Positions 1 through 10,646 of a DNA stretch of 64,000 bases are shown piece by piece (position 1 is the stretch's first letter; every line of letters starts with the position of its first letter). Both the position numbers and the translations under genes were made by a program. Below the pieces are notes generated by a model. The model did not search any database. It had not been told where the DNA came from and worked only from the letters and a program-made list of their open reading frames with translations. The DNA lies in contig CBDBCZ010000019.1 of assembly GCA_965203295.1 (NCBI GenBank), positions 672,001-736,000 on the forward strand. Reading direction: 5' to 3'. The stretch comes from Nitrospirales bacterium. Lineage in GTDB: Bacteria; Nitrospirota; Nitrospiria; Nitrospirales; UBA8639.

Positions 1-888
1 AAAAGGCAATGCAGGTGGTGGCAGATGAAATCGTGGGTCCCATGTGGGCTCTCTTCCAAAAAACTGACAAGCAGCCTGGTAGACATCCATCGTTCCTTGA
101 ACTTTCCCGTCGAATGAATACCCTGCGATATGGGGTGTGCCCAGAGCGGTTTCCCGAAGAAGTTCCCAATGGATATTGGGTTCTCCCTCCCATACGTCTA
201 GGATCGGTGGTCTCATTTTTTTTGGGGTAACGATGTTGAAAAGGGCTTTATTGTCCACAACTTCACCACGTGAGGTATTCATTAAGACGGTGTTTGGGGA
301 GATCTGACTAATCCGATGCTCATCCAAAAGATGAAAGGTAGGATCTGGGCCGTGCTTGTTAAGAGGGACATGGAGCGAGAGAAAATCAGCATCCAACAGT
401 TCCTTTAATGGACGGTATTGAAGGTCGTTCGTTTCGCGGCTTAAAGGTGGATCGTTCACCAATACTTCCATGCCAAGGGCTTGTGCTTTTTCCTTGACGA
501 GGCGTCCAATGTTGCCAACCCCAACAATACCAAGTGAACTTTTTTTCAACGAGATGTCCATGTGGATTGCCATCATCAAAAGAGCCGTCACGATATATTC
601 TGCAACAGAGTTCGCGTTTGCTCCCTTGGCGGAACTAAAGTCGATCCCTTTTTGCGAAAGGAAGTGTTGGTCAATATGGTCGGTTCCTGCAGTGACGGTT
701 CCAACAAATTGAACGGAACTGTTATTGAGAAGGTCAGCATCCACTTTTGTCACGGATCGAACTAAAAGGACAGAGGCATCTTTGAGGACCTCGTGGGTCA
801 TAGCCCGGCCTGGAATAAGGGTGACCTCGCCTAATGTGCTGAATGCCTCCTGAACAAAGACCACGTTTTCATCTGCTACGATTTTCAT
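1..888 (-). CDS. pdxB: 4-phosphoerythronate dehydrogenase (3' end runs off the window)
   Basis: Hand translation from ATG at 888 gives MKIVADENVVFVQEAFS...LLVRSVTKVD...TAGTDHID and later TPHIAGYSFDGK. Absent from the ORF track because the stop lies outside the window. Confidence 0.9.
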   Translation of the reverse strand, partial: MKIVADENVVFVQEAFSTLGEVTLIPGRAMTHEVLKDASVLLVRSVTKVDADLLNNSSVQFVGTVTAGTDHIDQHFLSQKGIDFSSAKGANANSVAEYIVTALLMMAIHMDISLKKSSLGIVGVGNIGRLVKEKAQALGMEVLVNDPPLSRETNDLQYRPLKELLDADFLSLHVPLNKHGPDPTFHLLDEHRISQISPNTVLMNTSRGEVVDNKALFNIVTPKKMRPPILDVWEGEPNIHWELLRETALGTPHIAGYSFDGKVQGTMDVYQAACQFFGREPTWDPRFHLPPPALPF

Positions 889-1078
889 CTCTGAGGTCTT
901 TCCCAAAATAAAAAAGATGGTAAGATTTCTAGAGAAGGGTTATCAAATTTCTACTCTATGAGGGCGCTTTTCAAACTCATGGAGACACAGTACCATACGA
1001 GGGTGTTCGGGAAAGGAATTTCTGAGCAATATGATGAAGAGAAGGTAAATCCAACATTGGTGGTCTAGGGAGATATTC

Positions 1079-1678
1079 ATGATCAAAAAATCTACCGTAA
1101 AGAAAACAAGTGCGAGTTCAAAAAAGAAACCTGCAAAAAAGACCACGAAGAAACTTTCTTCAAAAACAACCACAACAAGGAAAAAGCCTGAATGTGCGGC
1201 GAAAGCCGTGGCCTTAAAAGTTGGACAAAAAGCCTCTTCGTTAACCCTTCTGACTGATGAGGGTAAAAAGGTCAGCTTATCCGATTTTAAAGGCAAACGT
1301 GTGGTGTTGTACTTCTACCCCAATGATGATACGCCCGGTTGTACCATAGAGGCTTGTGCCTTTCGCGATGGAATAAATGAGATCGAGGAAACTGGAGCAG
1401 TTGTCTTGGGGGTGAGCCCTGACTCGGTGGAATCTCACCGGAAATTCTCCCAAAAATATGAGTTAAATTTTCCTTTGCTTAGCGATACAGAAAAAAAAGG
1501 TGTCCAGTCCTATGGGGTATGGAAAGAAAAATCACTGTACGGAAGAAAATACATGGGAGTTGAACGTACCACGTTCATTATCGATGAACAGGGAAAAATT
1601 CGTGAGATTTTTCCAAAAGTCAAAGTGGACGGTCATTTAGAAGAGGTACTCGGAGAATTAGACTTAATGAGTTCTTAA
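1079..1678 (+). CDS. bcp: Thioredoxin-dependent peroxiredoxin Bcp/PrxQ with Lys-rich N-terminal extension
   Basis: YFYPNDDTPGCTIEAC, GVSPDS, ERTTFIID, KVKVDGH motifs. Confidence 0.93.
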   Translation: MIKKSTVKKTSASSKKKPAKKTTKKLSSKTTTTRKKPECAAKAVALKVGQKASSLTLLTDEGKKVSLSDFKGKRVVLYFYPNDDTPGCTIEACAFRDGINEIEETGAVVLGVSPDSVESHRKFSQKYELNFPLLSDTEKKGVQSYGVWKEKSLYGRKYMGVERTTFIIDEQGKIREIFPKVKVDGHLEEVLGELDLMSS

Positions 1679-1735
1679 GCTCTGATCAAGTCTGCATCTG
1701 TTCTTTTTCTTGTACTTTCCCAATCCGACAGTTTT

Positions 1736-2635
1736 TTAGGGGAACCGATCCTTCACCACTGGCTCGCCTCGACCAGTCCAATAACCAGCGTGCATCCGAG
1801 GGGTTGAATGGCGAATGGTAAATCGGCCGTCTGAAGACAGGACTAAAGCGCCGGCCTGACCTTGAACCTTGGTGGTCAGCTCTTGAAGCGCTGCACGAGA
1901 AACTACTGTGGGGCTAGTGCCCTTCCGTAGTTCCATCGCAATATGTTTAGCTAACGCCATTCGCATGATCGTTTCCCCTATCCCGGTCATGGAAACTCCT
2001 CCGCTCGTATCGTCAGCATAGATCCCACAGCCAATCAACGGTGAATCACCTACGCGTCCAGGTTGCATGCGGGGGACTCCTCCGGTCGATGCCCCGGCTG
2101 CGAGGTGACCCTTCCTGTCCAACACGACGGCACCTACTGTACCGTAGTGGAACCTTGATGATGGCTGAGGGGTCATACTGGATTTCGGGGATAGGGATGA
2201 GGCTTTCTTTTTGAGTGGAGACTTCCTTTGCGTCAAGGCATTGTCGGTTTCAAGGCGAAAGTGTCGAGCCAGTCGAGTCGCATGGACTCCGGCAATAAGA
2301 ACATGGGAAGTGTGTTCCATCACGACTCTTGCTGCAGTGATGGGGTGGAGGACTTTTTGGATATTGGCTACGCCGCCAGCATTGAGAAATTGTCCTTCCA
2401 TGAGAGCCGCATCCATTCGCTTGACGCCGTCAAGCTGGAGTCGAGATCCTCTTCCAGCATTAAACAAACCGGATTATTCCAAATGACGGATTATGACCTC
2501 CACAACATCAACGGCTGATTGGTTTTCGTGAAGAGTTTCATAAATCAAGAACGAGAGCATGGGTTAAACAGGTCTTCTGCGCCGCCGTCATAGGGCGAGC
2601 TCCGGCTCCCCCGTGAATGAGGATTATTCCTGAAC
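1736..2635 (-). pseudogene. Isoaspartyl peptidase/L-asparaginase (Ntn hydrolase), disrupted
   Basis: N-terminal GIILIHGGAG near 2605-2635, frameshift near 2545, in-frame TAA at 2474-2476 (HLE*SGLFNAG), then GTVGAV, AAGASTGG, GRVGDSP, TGIGE. Start approximate. Confidence 0.85.
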
Positions 2636-2680
2636 GTGGAAATTTTTGACTCTTTGACGATCGACTAGAGTCTGAATATG

Positions 2681-3247
2681 TCAATGGAGGAGGATATTTT
2701 TGATTTTGTGATAGGTAGGGTCCTGTAGGCGATCCAGGTTATGACGGACGAATCCCAAACCCGTGACGCAGAGTTCAAAATTCGTAGAGAGTTTTTGAAA
2801 CAGGGTGGGGGTCTCCTTACCTTCCCCTTGTTGGAATGTCGCGACAATGCTATAGGAACGCTTCCCGGCCTTCATGTAGTCCACGAGGAAATCTTTATGG
2901 TGAATCAATACCGAGACTTTGATATGTCGAAGATATTCAGGAAAGAGGCCAGCCATGAATAAGGTGAAATCGCCGATGTGACGGTGAACCTCTCGTTCCC
3001 GTTTAGATTCGGAAATCTCTTTGAGTGATTCTGCCTCGTACAACAACTCCACGATGGTTTCTACGGATTTCCCTTTTTCATTCTTAATCCGATGAAGATG
3101 GTCAATGTGCGAGAACTCGACGAGAAGGTTTGCAAGATAATCGGTGACTTTAAAATCTGGCCAGCCTATAGATTCAGCGAAACTCTGTTCTGTTAGAGTC
3201 CCAAAAAACTTTCGAAGTGGATGATGTTCCGAAATGTGAGTTTCCAC
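2681..3247 (-). CDS. Hypothetical protein, 188 aa
   Basis: Long ORF with GGAGG RBS upstream, in a co-directional run. Motif HRHIGDFTLFMAGLFPE; function unknown. Confidence 0.75.
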   Translation of the reverse strand: METHISEHHPLRKFFGTLTEQSFAESIGWPDFKVTDYLANLLVEFSHIDHLHRIKNEKGKSVETIVELLYEAESLKEISESKREREVHRHIGDFTLFMAGLFPEYLRHIKVSVLIHHKDFLVDYMKAGKRSYSIVATFQQGEGKETPTLFQKLSTNFELCVTGLGFVRHNLDRLQDPTYHKIKNILLH

Positions 3248-3337
3248 TCTCTTTCCTCCCTCGCTGAATTTTAGGAAATTCTGTGGAAAGAATTTTGGAG
3301 ATATTCTACAACATTTTCACTGTCCGATTGAACCACT

Positions 3338-3802
3338 TTAATGATATTTCATCTTTGTCTTTTTCTGACTATCGAGTATAAGGGTCACAGGCCCGTCATT
3401 CTGTAATGAAACAAGCATCAAAGCTGCAAAGCGACCCGTCTCAACAGGAAGGGCTTGGGATTGGAGCGCATAAACGAGCTCTGTATAAAGTACCAGAGCT
3501 CGATCTGGGGTAGCGGCTTCTTCAAAACCCGGTCGACGTCCTCTGTCTGTATTCCCCAGCAAGGTAAATTGAGAAACTACGAGGAGTGCCCCACCGATCT
3601 CGCGCAATGACAAATTCATTTTTCCGTCAGGGTCAGAGAAAATGCGGAGTGATGGAATCTTTTCTGCCATATAGGTGATGTCTTTGTCATCATCATTCTT
3701 AGCTGCGCCAACAAGGATAAGGAGGCCTTTACCGATCTGACCGACCACCACCTCGTCGACTGTTACGCTAGCCGAACTGACGCCCTGAACAACGGCTATC
3801 AC
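3338..3802 (-). CDS. dtd: D-aminoacyl-tRNA deacylase
   Basis: SQFTL, RRPGF, NDGPVT motifs. Confidence 0.93.
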   Translation of the reverse strand: MIAVVQGVSSASVTVDEVVVGQIGKGLLILVGAAKNDDDKDITYMAEKIPSLRIFSDPDGKMNLSLREIGGALLVVSQFTLLGNTDRGRRPGFEEAATPDRALVLYTELVYALQSQALPVETGRFAALMLVSLQNDGPVTLILDSQKKTKMKYH

Positions 3803-3928
3803 GATTGTCTTCTCCGCTGTTTTTGCCTTCTGTCATGTTTTGGCATTTAGAGGGGTGAAGTCAAGTCTTTCGACATAAATTATGAGTGAGAAGCATTCAT
3901 TTGGAAAGTCCTCGTGGATCGTGAGGGA

Positions 3929-5542
3929 TCAGGTGGACACCCTTCGTGAGAATTTCTTTTGCGCCATCTTCCAATACACGTCTAATTCCTCTGATCGAAA
4001 CAGCGCATGAATGGCGAGATACCCAGTGACACTCAACCCGATTCCCACCAGCAACATGATTCCCTTTGCGATCCATTCATCTTCTCGTTCCCAAACAGCT
4101 AACTGGATAATCCAGAGACAGGATAACACGATGGGTATCGTGGCAATGCACGTTCTCGTGGCTGACCGAAGAAATTTTACCCAATTCATACCGCCTAAAC
4201 GCCGGTTGAGTATGATCACGAGGACTCCGATGTTCACCATGGCAGAGAGTGCGGTTGCCAATGCCAACCCTGCATGCTGAAAGGGCCCCATAAAGATAAA
4301 GGCTAAGACAATGTTTGCGCCCATGCTTCCCAATGCAGCAAGTGCTGGAGTTTTGGTGTCCTGCATCGAGTAAAACGCGGCGGCAATAATGCGTAACCCT
4401 GCGAATGCCCATAGGCCTACCGCATAGCCGAGCAACGCGTCTGCCGTTGCTGCTGTATCTTTGCCGAGAAACTCCCCATGTTCGAAAAAAAGGTGAATGA
4501 TTGGTTCTCGCAGCAGGATCAATCCAATCATAGCGGGAAGAATAATGAACCAAATCATCCGTAGCCCAAATTCCAGGGTTTCCCGCAGTTCGGTAAAAGC
4601 CCCGCGTGCGGCTTGGGCAGAGAGCGTTGGGAGAATTGCTGTTGCTAATGCCACCCCGAAAATCCCCAAAGGAAATTGGATCAATCGCATTCCATAAAAC
4701 AGGTATGTTGGGCCACCTTCGAAAAGTGAGGCCAGAATCGTACTGATGGTCAGGTTCACTTGTGTGACCGACATTCCCAACAGTGAAGGGACCATCAATG
4801 AGCCAATCCTCTTCATGCCTGGGTGGTTTGGTTGGAACCGCCATGAAAAAAGCAACCCTCTCCGGTGAATGCCTGGAAGTTGAATGAGGAATTGGAGGAA
4901 TCCGCCGACCACAAAGCCGATGGCCACTCCTGTCACGGGTTGATCGAGATAAGGAGTAAGAAGCAGGGCTGCGGTAATGACAGAGATATTAAAAAACACC
5001 GGTGCCAAGGCAGGTGCAGCAAAGGCTCGGATGGAATTGAGAATCCCCATGGCAAGGGCTGCTAGGCTGATAAAGAGTAAATAGGGGAACATGATTCGTG
5101 TGAGCAGGGTGGTGATGGCCATTTGGGCGGGATTGTCATGGAATCCCCAAGCCATGATCCACACAATGCCAGGGGCAGCTATGACCCCCAACATGGTCAC
5201 TCCGATGACGATGGTCAGGAGTGTGGTAAAAGCTGCGCTTGCCAGCTCCCAGGTTTCCTGTTTGTTCCGACGAGTATGGTACTCCGTAAAGACAGGAATA
5301 AAGGCTGAAGACATCGCTCCTTCAGCCACTAACTCTCGGAGAAGGTTCGGAATTCGAAAGGCCACAAACAGGGCATCGGCAGAAGCTGATGCCCCAAAGA
5401 GTCGGGCGAGGACCATGTCTCGAATAAATCCAAGGATTCGGCTGGAAAAAGTTGCTGCGCCAATGAGAGTAGCTGCTCCAGCAATGGAACGGCCATCTTC
5501 ATGTGCTGAGTGAGAAGAAGGAGATGTTGGGGGATTAGGCAT
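3929..5542 (-). CDS. murJ: Lipid II flippase MurJ/MviN
   Basis: SRILGFIRD, AFRIPNLLRELVAEGA, QFPLGIFG, FYSMQDTKTP; multi-TM. Confidence 0.96.
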   Translation of the reverse strand: MPNPPTSPSSHSAHEDGRSIAGAATLIGAATFSSRILGFIRDMVLARLFGASASADALFVAFRIPNLLRELVAEGAMSSAFIPVFTEYHTRRNKQETWELASAAFTTLLTIVIGVTMLGVIAAPGIVWIMAWGFHDNPAQMAITTLLTRIMFPYLLFISLAALAMGILNSIRAFAAPALAPVFFNISVITAALLLTPYLDQPVTGVAIGFVVGGFLQFLIQLPGIHRRGLLFSWRFQPNHPGMKRIGSLMVPSLLGMSVTQVNLTISTILASLFEGGPTYLFYGMRLIQFPLGIFGVALATAILPTLSAQAARGAFTELRETLEFGLRMIWFIILPAMIGLILLREPIIHLFFEHGEFLGKDTAATADALLGYAVGLWAFAGLRIIAAAFYSMQDTKTPALAALGSMGANIVLAFIFMGPFQHAGLALATALSAMVNIGVLVIILNRRLGGMNWVKFLRSATRTCIATIPIVLSCLWIIQLAVWEREDEWIAKGIMLLVGIGLSVTGYLAIHALFRSEELDVYWKMAQKKFSRRVST

Positions 5543-5675
5543 TCCGCGGGATTCTAGACGAAGGCGGTGTTGGAATCTAGGAACTTTTCTCAGGCGGAAT
5601 GAGATGCGGGAAATTCAATGCTTATTCGACAAAGCCGGGGTGTCTGGCCTCTTTGCCCTCAAAGGCAAGTGGTCT

Positions 5676-6602
5676 TCAGAGCCCTTTTCGATCCTCCCTT
5701 GGAATAGTCAGTTTGGCCTTAATGAATTCACTGTGGGGAAGGTTGAGCCCTTTGGCGATTGCGCGAATTTCTTCTATTTCTTGAGATGACGTGTTTTCGG
5801 CTGCGTTCGCTATGGTAAATAAACATTGGAGGAAGACCTTTCGCTCATCTATGGAGGCTAATTCGCAAAAACCTGTCGTCAGGCGCGTGAGATCTAATCC
5901 TTTCATGATACCCGTATGACTCAGATTGGTTACGATGATGGCCTCTTCTTCGGATAATCCCCATTGTTGCTGTAAGGTATGAGCGATGGTGGCTATTTCT
6001 CGATCACAAAACTCGTGATCAACCCAGGCCACTCTTGCCATCAAGCCTGCCGCGAGACAGATTTTTTTGATTTGGGGTTCAGGCAGATTGATAGTCTTAC
6101 CTTGGTTTTTCATTTCTGACACCAATTGGAAGTACACAGTATTTTTGATGTAGTCTTCCAGACGATCTTCCCGAGACAGATTCCCTTGGTAGTGGGAGAC
6201 TCGTTTTCTTAACGCGTGGCGTATCGGACCGGTAAAATGGGAGAGCAGACTGGGCCATTTTCGATCAATGTCCCCCCTGATGGTTTCAAGGAATGATCTC
6301 TCCGAGTTAGTCAGCACACCGTCTGCTGCGATCAATTTTTCGAGAGTTTCAAGGACAAATGTTTTATCAGCCGAAGATCGGATGTTCCCTAGCACACGTT
6401 CTAATAATTCTTGCCGTTCCTGGTCGCTGACCGGGGCGATCATATACATCTCTAAGTGCATCCATTCCTCTCCTGATATCTCAGGTAGTTGGAACAGAAG
6501 TTCCTTGAGGGCATTGATTTCTTCGAACTGTAATTGCCCACCAGCCCAGGCCGCACCGATCATCAGTTTTCCGAGATCGAGAATGAGTTCTTTGTTGGCC
6601 AT
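5676..6602 (-). CDS. TerB-like family protein (two TerB/DjlA-like domains)
   Basis: Repeated ADG/xD..E motifs: IAADGVLTNSE, VAWVDHEFCDRE, SSQEIEEIRAIA. Confidence 0.7.
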   Translation of the reverse strand: MANKELILDLGKLMIGAAWAGGQLQFEEINALKELLFQLPEISGEEWMHLEMYMIAPVSDQERQELLERVLGNIRSSADKTFVLETLEKLIAADGVLTNSERSFLETIRGDIDRKWPSLLSHFTGPIRHALRKRVSHYQGNLSREDRLEDYIKNTVYFQLVSEMKNQGKTINLPEPQIKKICLAAGLMARVAWVDHEFCDREIATIAHTLQQQWGLSEEEAIIVTNLSHTGIMKGLDLTRLTTGFCELASIDERKVFLQCLFTIANAAENTSSQEIEEIRAIAKGLNLPHSEFIKAKLTIPREDRKGL

Positions 6603-6904
6603 CTATACTCCTTATAAGTCATAGGGAGAGGGTTACAGGTTCCTTGCGTTGACACATGCGAGAAACTTTCTATAGCATTTTCCCACATCGCCTGTCTTGT
6701 CGAAGGAATAACGGTTGAGATATCTTGTCGCGATGTCTCGAGATGCAAGAACCCGTTTCATATAGAGATGGGTAAGCGATATAGTACATCAATGATCCCT
6801 TTCTTTCCCTTCCAGGTACTAACGCGGGAGTTCTTCTAGCCTGCTAAGTCCCCTTTCAACAATGAATTTTTCTATCTCATGTTTGGGAGTTGTTTAACTT
6901 TGTT

Positions 6905-8449
6905 ATGAATCAGCCTTTGCCTTCTCCAATTCTCAATTGGTCACGTGCTTGTTTTTTTTTCACCGCGTTTACGGCCGGCGCCGTGGTCATGGCTCTTGAG
7001 ATTCTGGGGAGTCGGTTGTTAGCCCCCATATTTGGGAGTTCACTTTTTGTGTGGGGTGCGTTGATTGGCGTTATTTTGGCGGCCATGAGCACTGGGTATG
7101 CCACCGGTGGCTGGCTGGCAGATCGGCGATCTCCGGGAACTGTCTTAGCCTGTTTGCTGTTGGGTTCCGGAACCTGGACTCTCTTGTTAGCAGGGGCGGG
7201 ACAGCCCGTGGTGTTTACGGTTTCTCAATGGATTCATGATCCGCGTTGGGGACCCTGTTTAGCGGCTGGAGTCTTGTTGGCGGTCCCTGCATTTGGGTTA
7301 AGTGGAGTATTACCTGCACTCCTGCGGTTAGCCATTGCCGATATGGGACATCTCGGACGTCACACTGGGGGAATGATTGCGGTTTCAACCATTGGAAGTT
7401 TGATCGGGACATGGGGAACCTCCTTTTACCTTCTTACATGGCTTGGCAGTGTCACCGTTGTGGCTGTCCTGGGGGTCGTCCAGGTGATGTTCGGTGTATT
7501 GTGGTGGCGATGGGCCATCAAGGTGAGAACGCTTCATCTAGCACCTGTTGTGGGAGGATTCGTGCTCTTAGGGTGGTTTGCGTTTCACCCTATTACGGTC
7601 TTACCTCCGGGAGTGTACGCAGAGGATAGCCCCTATCAGCAGGTTCGTGTACGGGAGAACGATTTATTCCGATATTTGGTGCTGGATAACACATTTCATG
7701 CCATTATGTGGAAAGTTGACCCCGTGCAATTGGCTCTTCCCTATAGTCAAATGATGATGGCTGCCCTCAGTCTGCCTTCTGATATTCAACGGGGATTGAT
7801 CCTTGGACAAGGAGGGGGGTCACTCGCCAAATGGTTGGCTCGGTACTGGCCCTCGTTAGAACTCGACATCGTGGAAATGGATCCTTCTGTTGTCAAAGCT
7901 GCGGAGGATTTTTTTGACTATGATGCACCGTCGAACCATCATGTTTATGTGCAGGATGCCCGATCCTATTTACGCACGATCAAGGAAAAGTACGATATCA
8001 TTTGGGTCGATGTTTTTGCCCGACACCTGATTCCTTTTCATCTCACGACAAAAGAATTTTACATCGATTTGCGAGAGCATCTAAATCCCAAGGGGGTGTT
8101 GACTGTCAATTTGGCCTCTTCAACTGGTGAGCTGGATCAAAAACGGGCCGAAGCCATCGTGGCCACTATTAAAACGTCTTTTCCCCATTTAACTTCATTC
8201 AATGTCAAAGGACCTCCGTGGTTGCCTACTAAACCCGGATCGGCAAATCTGATCTTCTTTGCATCCATGGAACCGATAGATATTCAGTCAGTTGAGTTCC
8301 GAGAAAAAGTTCAGACATTGGTCCTCAAGGGGAAAATTCCGGCAGAAGTTCAGACTTTGTTGACGACTAGCCCCATAGAACATTGGAAACCGGGATTAAT
8401 TCTTACCGACGACTTTTCTCCTCTAGATATTTTACAAGGAAGCGGATAG
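6905..8449 (+). CDS. Membrane (MFS-like) domain fused to spermidine-synthase-like methyltransferase
   Basis: TM N-terminus (MALEILGSRLLAP.FG), SPYQ, LGQGGGS, VEMDP, QDAR, ILTDDFSP. ATG 6905 chosen over upstream TTG. Confidence 0.85.
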   Translation: MNQPLPSPILNWSRACFFFTAFTAGAVVMALEILGSRLLAPIFGSSLFVWGALIGVILAAMSTGYATGGWLADRRSPGTVLACLLLGSGTWTLLLAGAGQPVVFTVSQWIHDPRWGPCLAAGVLLAVPAFGLSGVLPALLRLAIADMGHLGRHTGGMIAVSTIGSLIGTWGTSFYLLTWLGSVTVVAVLGVVQVMFGVLWWRWAIKVRTLHLAPVVGGFVLLGWFAFHPITVLPPGVYAEDSPYQQVRVRENDLFRYLVLDNTFHAIMWKVDPVQLALPYSQMMMAALSLPSDIQRGLILGQGGGSLAKWLARYWPSLELDIVEMDPSVVKAAEDFFDYDAPSNHHVYVQDARSYLRTIKEKYDIIWVDVFARHLIPFHLTTKEFYIDLREHLNPKGVLTVNLASSTGELDQKRAEAIVATIKTSFPHLTSFNVKGPPWLPTKPGSANLIFFASMEPIDIQSVEFREKVQTLVLKGKIPAEVQTLLTTSPIEHWKPGLILTDDFSPLDILQGSG

Positions 8450-8548
8450 CCTGACTGGTGTGAGGAGGGGGGAAGGGATGCCCCTGCTCACAGAAAAATG
8501 AGCCACACCCCTGCTGTCCACTTAAGATTGGCGAGTGGAAAGAGGATA

Positions 8549-8863
8549 TTATTGAGACTGGACCGGCCAGAATTTATAGCGGATTTGTGGAAGTTGCTTC
8601 CCGTCAAAGTTAGGAATGTCGTACAAACATCTGTCGATGATGGCGACTTCTTCATTCGTGAAGGAAAATATCTTAGACGTTTTCCAGAACTTATCTAAGA
8701 TAAAGTAGTCTCCACCTTGTGGTTTTTCCTCCAACGCTGCCTGCATCTCCTTAAACCCTCCAGTATCGACTCCAGCGATCCGGCCATTATTTTTGTCGAT
8801 GCACCACTTCAAGATCTCTGCGACTCCGTACATCGTCAATTCAATTTGTACTGTTTCTGACAT
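8549..8863 (-). CDS. Hypothetical protein, 104 aa
   Basis: ATG with AGGAGG RBS; occupies intergenic space. Confidence 0.7.
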   Translation of the reverse strand: MSETVQIELTMYGVAEILKWCIDKNNGRIAGVDTGGFKEMQAALEEKPQGGDYFILDKFWKTSKIFSFTNEEVAIIDRCLYDIPNFDGKQLPQIRYKFWPVQSQ

Positions 8864-9131
8864 CTCTCCCTCCTGTTAATAACGTGCATTCTATACCATA
8901 TTTCTTCATGACTGTTCCAGTGCATATTTTCTTACTTAGTACAGGGGAAAAGGTGATTGGGATTACGGCTCTTCATGCTCCATAGAGTTTCTTTATGGAC
9001 TTGGTGGACATGCCTCCCTGAATGAGTTTTACATGAGTTATCAAAAACTCGTATACTCATTTTGCTCTTGTTTTGAGGTTCAATAAGGATCGGCTGTCCT
9101 CCACGGAGCAGGTGATAGGCTCCTGATCTCA

Positions 9132-10325
9132 TTGATAAAACCTCCGAAGTGGTGGTGTGTCATGGTTTTGTATGGTTTCCTGACGGTCCTTATTTTGTTT
9201 TCTGTCTTAACTGGGTGTTCCAGGGAAGAATCCTATGTCCCTCCAGATTTATTGTATTCTTTTGCCACGTACCCTGTTGGGAAAAATCCCACATCCATTC
9301 GGACCGGTGATTTTAATCAAGATAGTTTCACCGATCTCATAACCAGCAATATTTCGGCGAACTCCCTATCGGTGTTGTTTGGAAATGGAGACGGGAGTTT
9401 TCAGGCTCACGTTCCCATAAGGGTCTGTCAGGAACCTCGAAATATTGAAGTGAGGGATCTCAACCAAAATGGGTACCTTGATCTGGCTGTGGCGTGCTCT
9501 GGGAGCGACAAGGTTCTGATTTTACAAGGTCTGGGGAATGGAAGTTTTCAGAAGGTAGGGCAGTATCGAGTGAATCGCTCTCCGGTTTCAATTGCAAGTG
9601 GAGATTACAATGGGGATGACATCATCGACTTGGTTGTGGCTCTTCGCAATGACAAATTGCAGCTTTTGTTCGGTTTAGGAAATGGGAAATTTCGAATGGG
9701 GCCATTGTACCAACATGGTGATACCCCCACTTCGGTCGCCGCTGCTGATTTAAACCTTGATGGTAAATTAGATTTAGCTGTCACGAATGGTGGGCCAATG
9801 AGCAACGCTGTTTCTATCTGGCTGGGGCAAGGAGATGGAACATTTTTAACTCCCATCGAATATCGAACGGGAAAGCGGCCCCTCTCTGTGTCCACTGCGG
9901 ATTTTAATAATAATGGGATCCTGGATCTATTGGTGATTAATGGGCAAATGAATACCATTACGGTGTTTTTGGGAAATGGAGACGGGTCGTTCCAGGAAGG
10001 AAAAGACTCCGGGGGAGATGCAGGTCCGAACCATGGACTGGTTCAGGATATCAATGGGGATAAGATATCCGATGTGGCCATTGTCAACATTCAATCTGGA
10101 AGCCTTTCCGTTCTTTTTGGAAAGGGCGATGGGACTTTTCTCTACCCGCCTCGCCATTATCCTACACCGAGGGCTCCCTTTGCTCTCACCTCTTTGAGTA
10201 TCGCTCCTCATCGAGAGGAGGAGCCGGGATTAGCGATTGCAAATAATGGCGGAAACAGCGTCACGATTTTCTTACATCATGGCTTGAAACCCCGAGCAAT
10301 GGCCGATGCTTCTTCTGAAACCTAA
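9132..10325 (+). CDS. FG-GAP/VCBS-repeat beta-propeller lipoprotein
   Basis: Lipobox LTGC; about six DxNxDG..D...GxGDGxF repeats. Start may be ATG 9162. Confidence 0.88.
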   Translation: MIKPPKWWCVMVLYGFLTVLILFSVLTGCSREESYVPPDLLYSFATYPVGKNPTSIRTGDFNQDSFTDLITSNISANSLSVLFGNGDGSFQAHVPIRVCQEPRNIEVRDLNQNGYLDLAVACSGSDKVLILQGLGNGSFQKVGQYRVNRSPVSIASGDYNGDDIIDLVVALRNDKLQLLFGLGNGKFRMGPLYQHGDTPTSVAAADLNLDGKLDLAVTNGGPMSNAVSIWLGQGDGTFLTPIEYRTGKRPLSVSTADFNNNGILDLLVINGQMNTITVFLGNGDGSFQEGKDSGGDAGPNHGLVQDINGDKISDVAIVNIQSGSLSVLFGKGDGTFLYPPRHYPTPRAPFALTSLSIAPHREEEPGLAIANNGGNSVTIFLHHGLKPRAMADASSET

Positions 10326-10343
10326 GCCCATCTTCGTAAATTC

Positions 10344-10373
10344 TTGACACTGGAAATAGGCACTCGCTAGAGT
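10344..10373 (+). promoter_or_regulatory. Putative sigma70 promoter
   Basis: TTGACA (10344-10349), 18 bp spacer, TAGAGT (10368-10373). Confidence 0.5.
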
Positions 10374-10383
10374 GGAGTTAATG

Positions 10384-10600
10384 TTTTTGGACTGATTAGA
10401 CCCAGGTCTAGGCAGTTCACAGTCGAGAAAAATAAGAGCGTGCGTACCTTCATCTAGTGGTTTGGCATGGGCTCCCTCACCACACTGGCAGTACTCATGG
10501 TTCAGGGGGGGATCAGAGACCTGTTATACAGGTCTTCTCATGCCAGCACAACCGAAGGTATCCTCTCCATGGGCCTTACTGTCTTAGGTGGAGGGCTTTT
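10384..10600 (+). ncRNA. Putative structured RNA or 5' leader (unassigned)
   Basis: Complementary segments TACCTTC/GAAGGTA, TGGCATGGG/CTCATGCCA, AGACCTG/CAGGTCT, TAGACC/GGTCTA, and a closing hairpin CTCCA/TGGAG followed by CTTTT. Confidence 0.4.
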
Positions 10601-10646
10601 AGCCGCATGCATTGCAGTCATTCTCACGCGACTCCGTTAATTCCTG

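Noticed and set aside
4011..5513. Long antisense or alternate-frame ORFs over murJ (similar ones over aas, ccmF, hpnN, hslU and tnpA)
   Set aside because: Shadow ORFs of well-supported genes with no independent motifs.
10445..10560. 6S RNA, tRNA or known riboswitch
   Set aside because: No TTCGA T-loop, no long rod with a central bubble, and no recognisable aptamer consensus. Kept only as an unassigned structured RNA.
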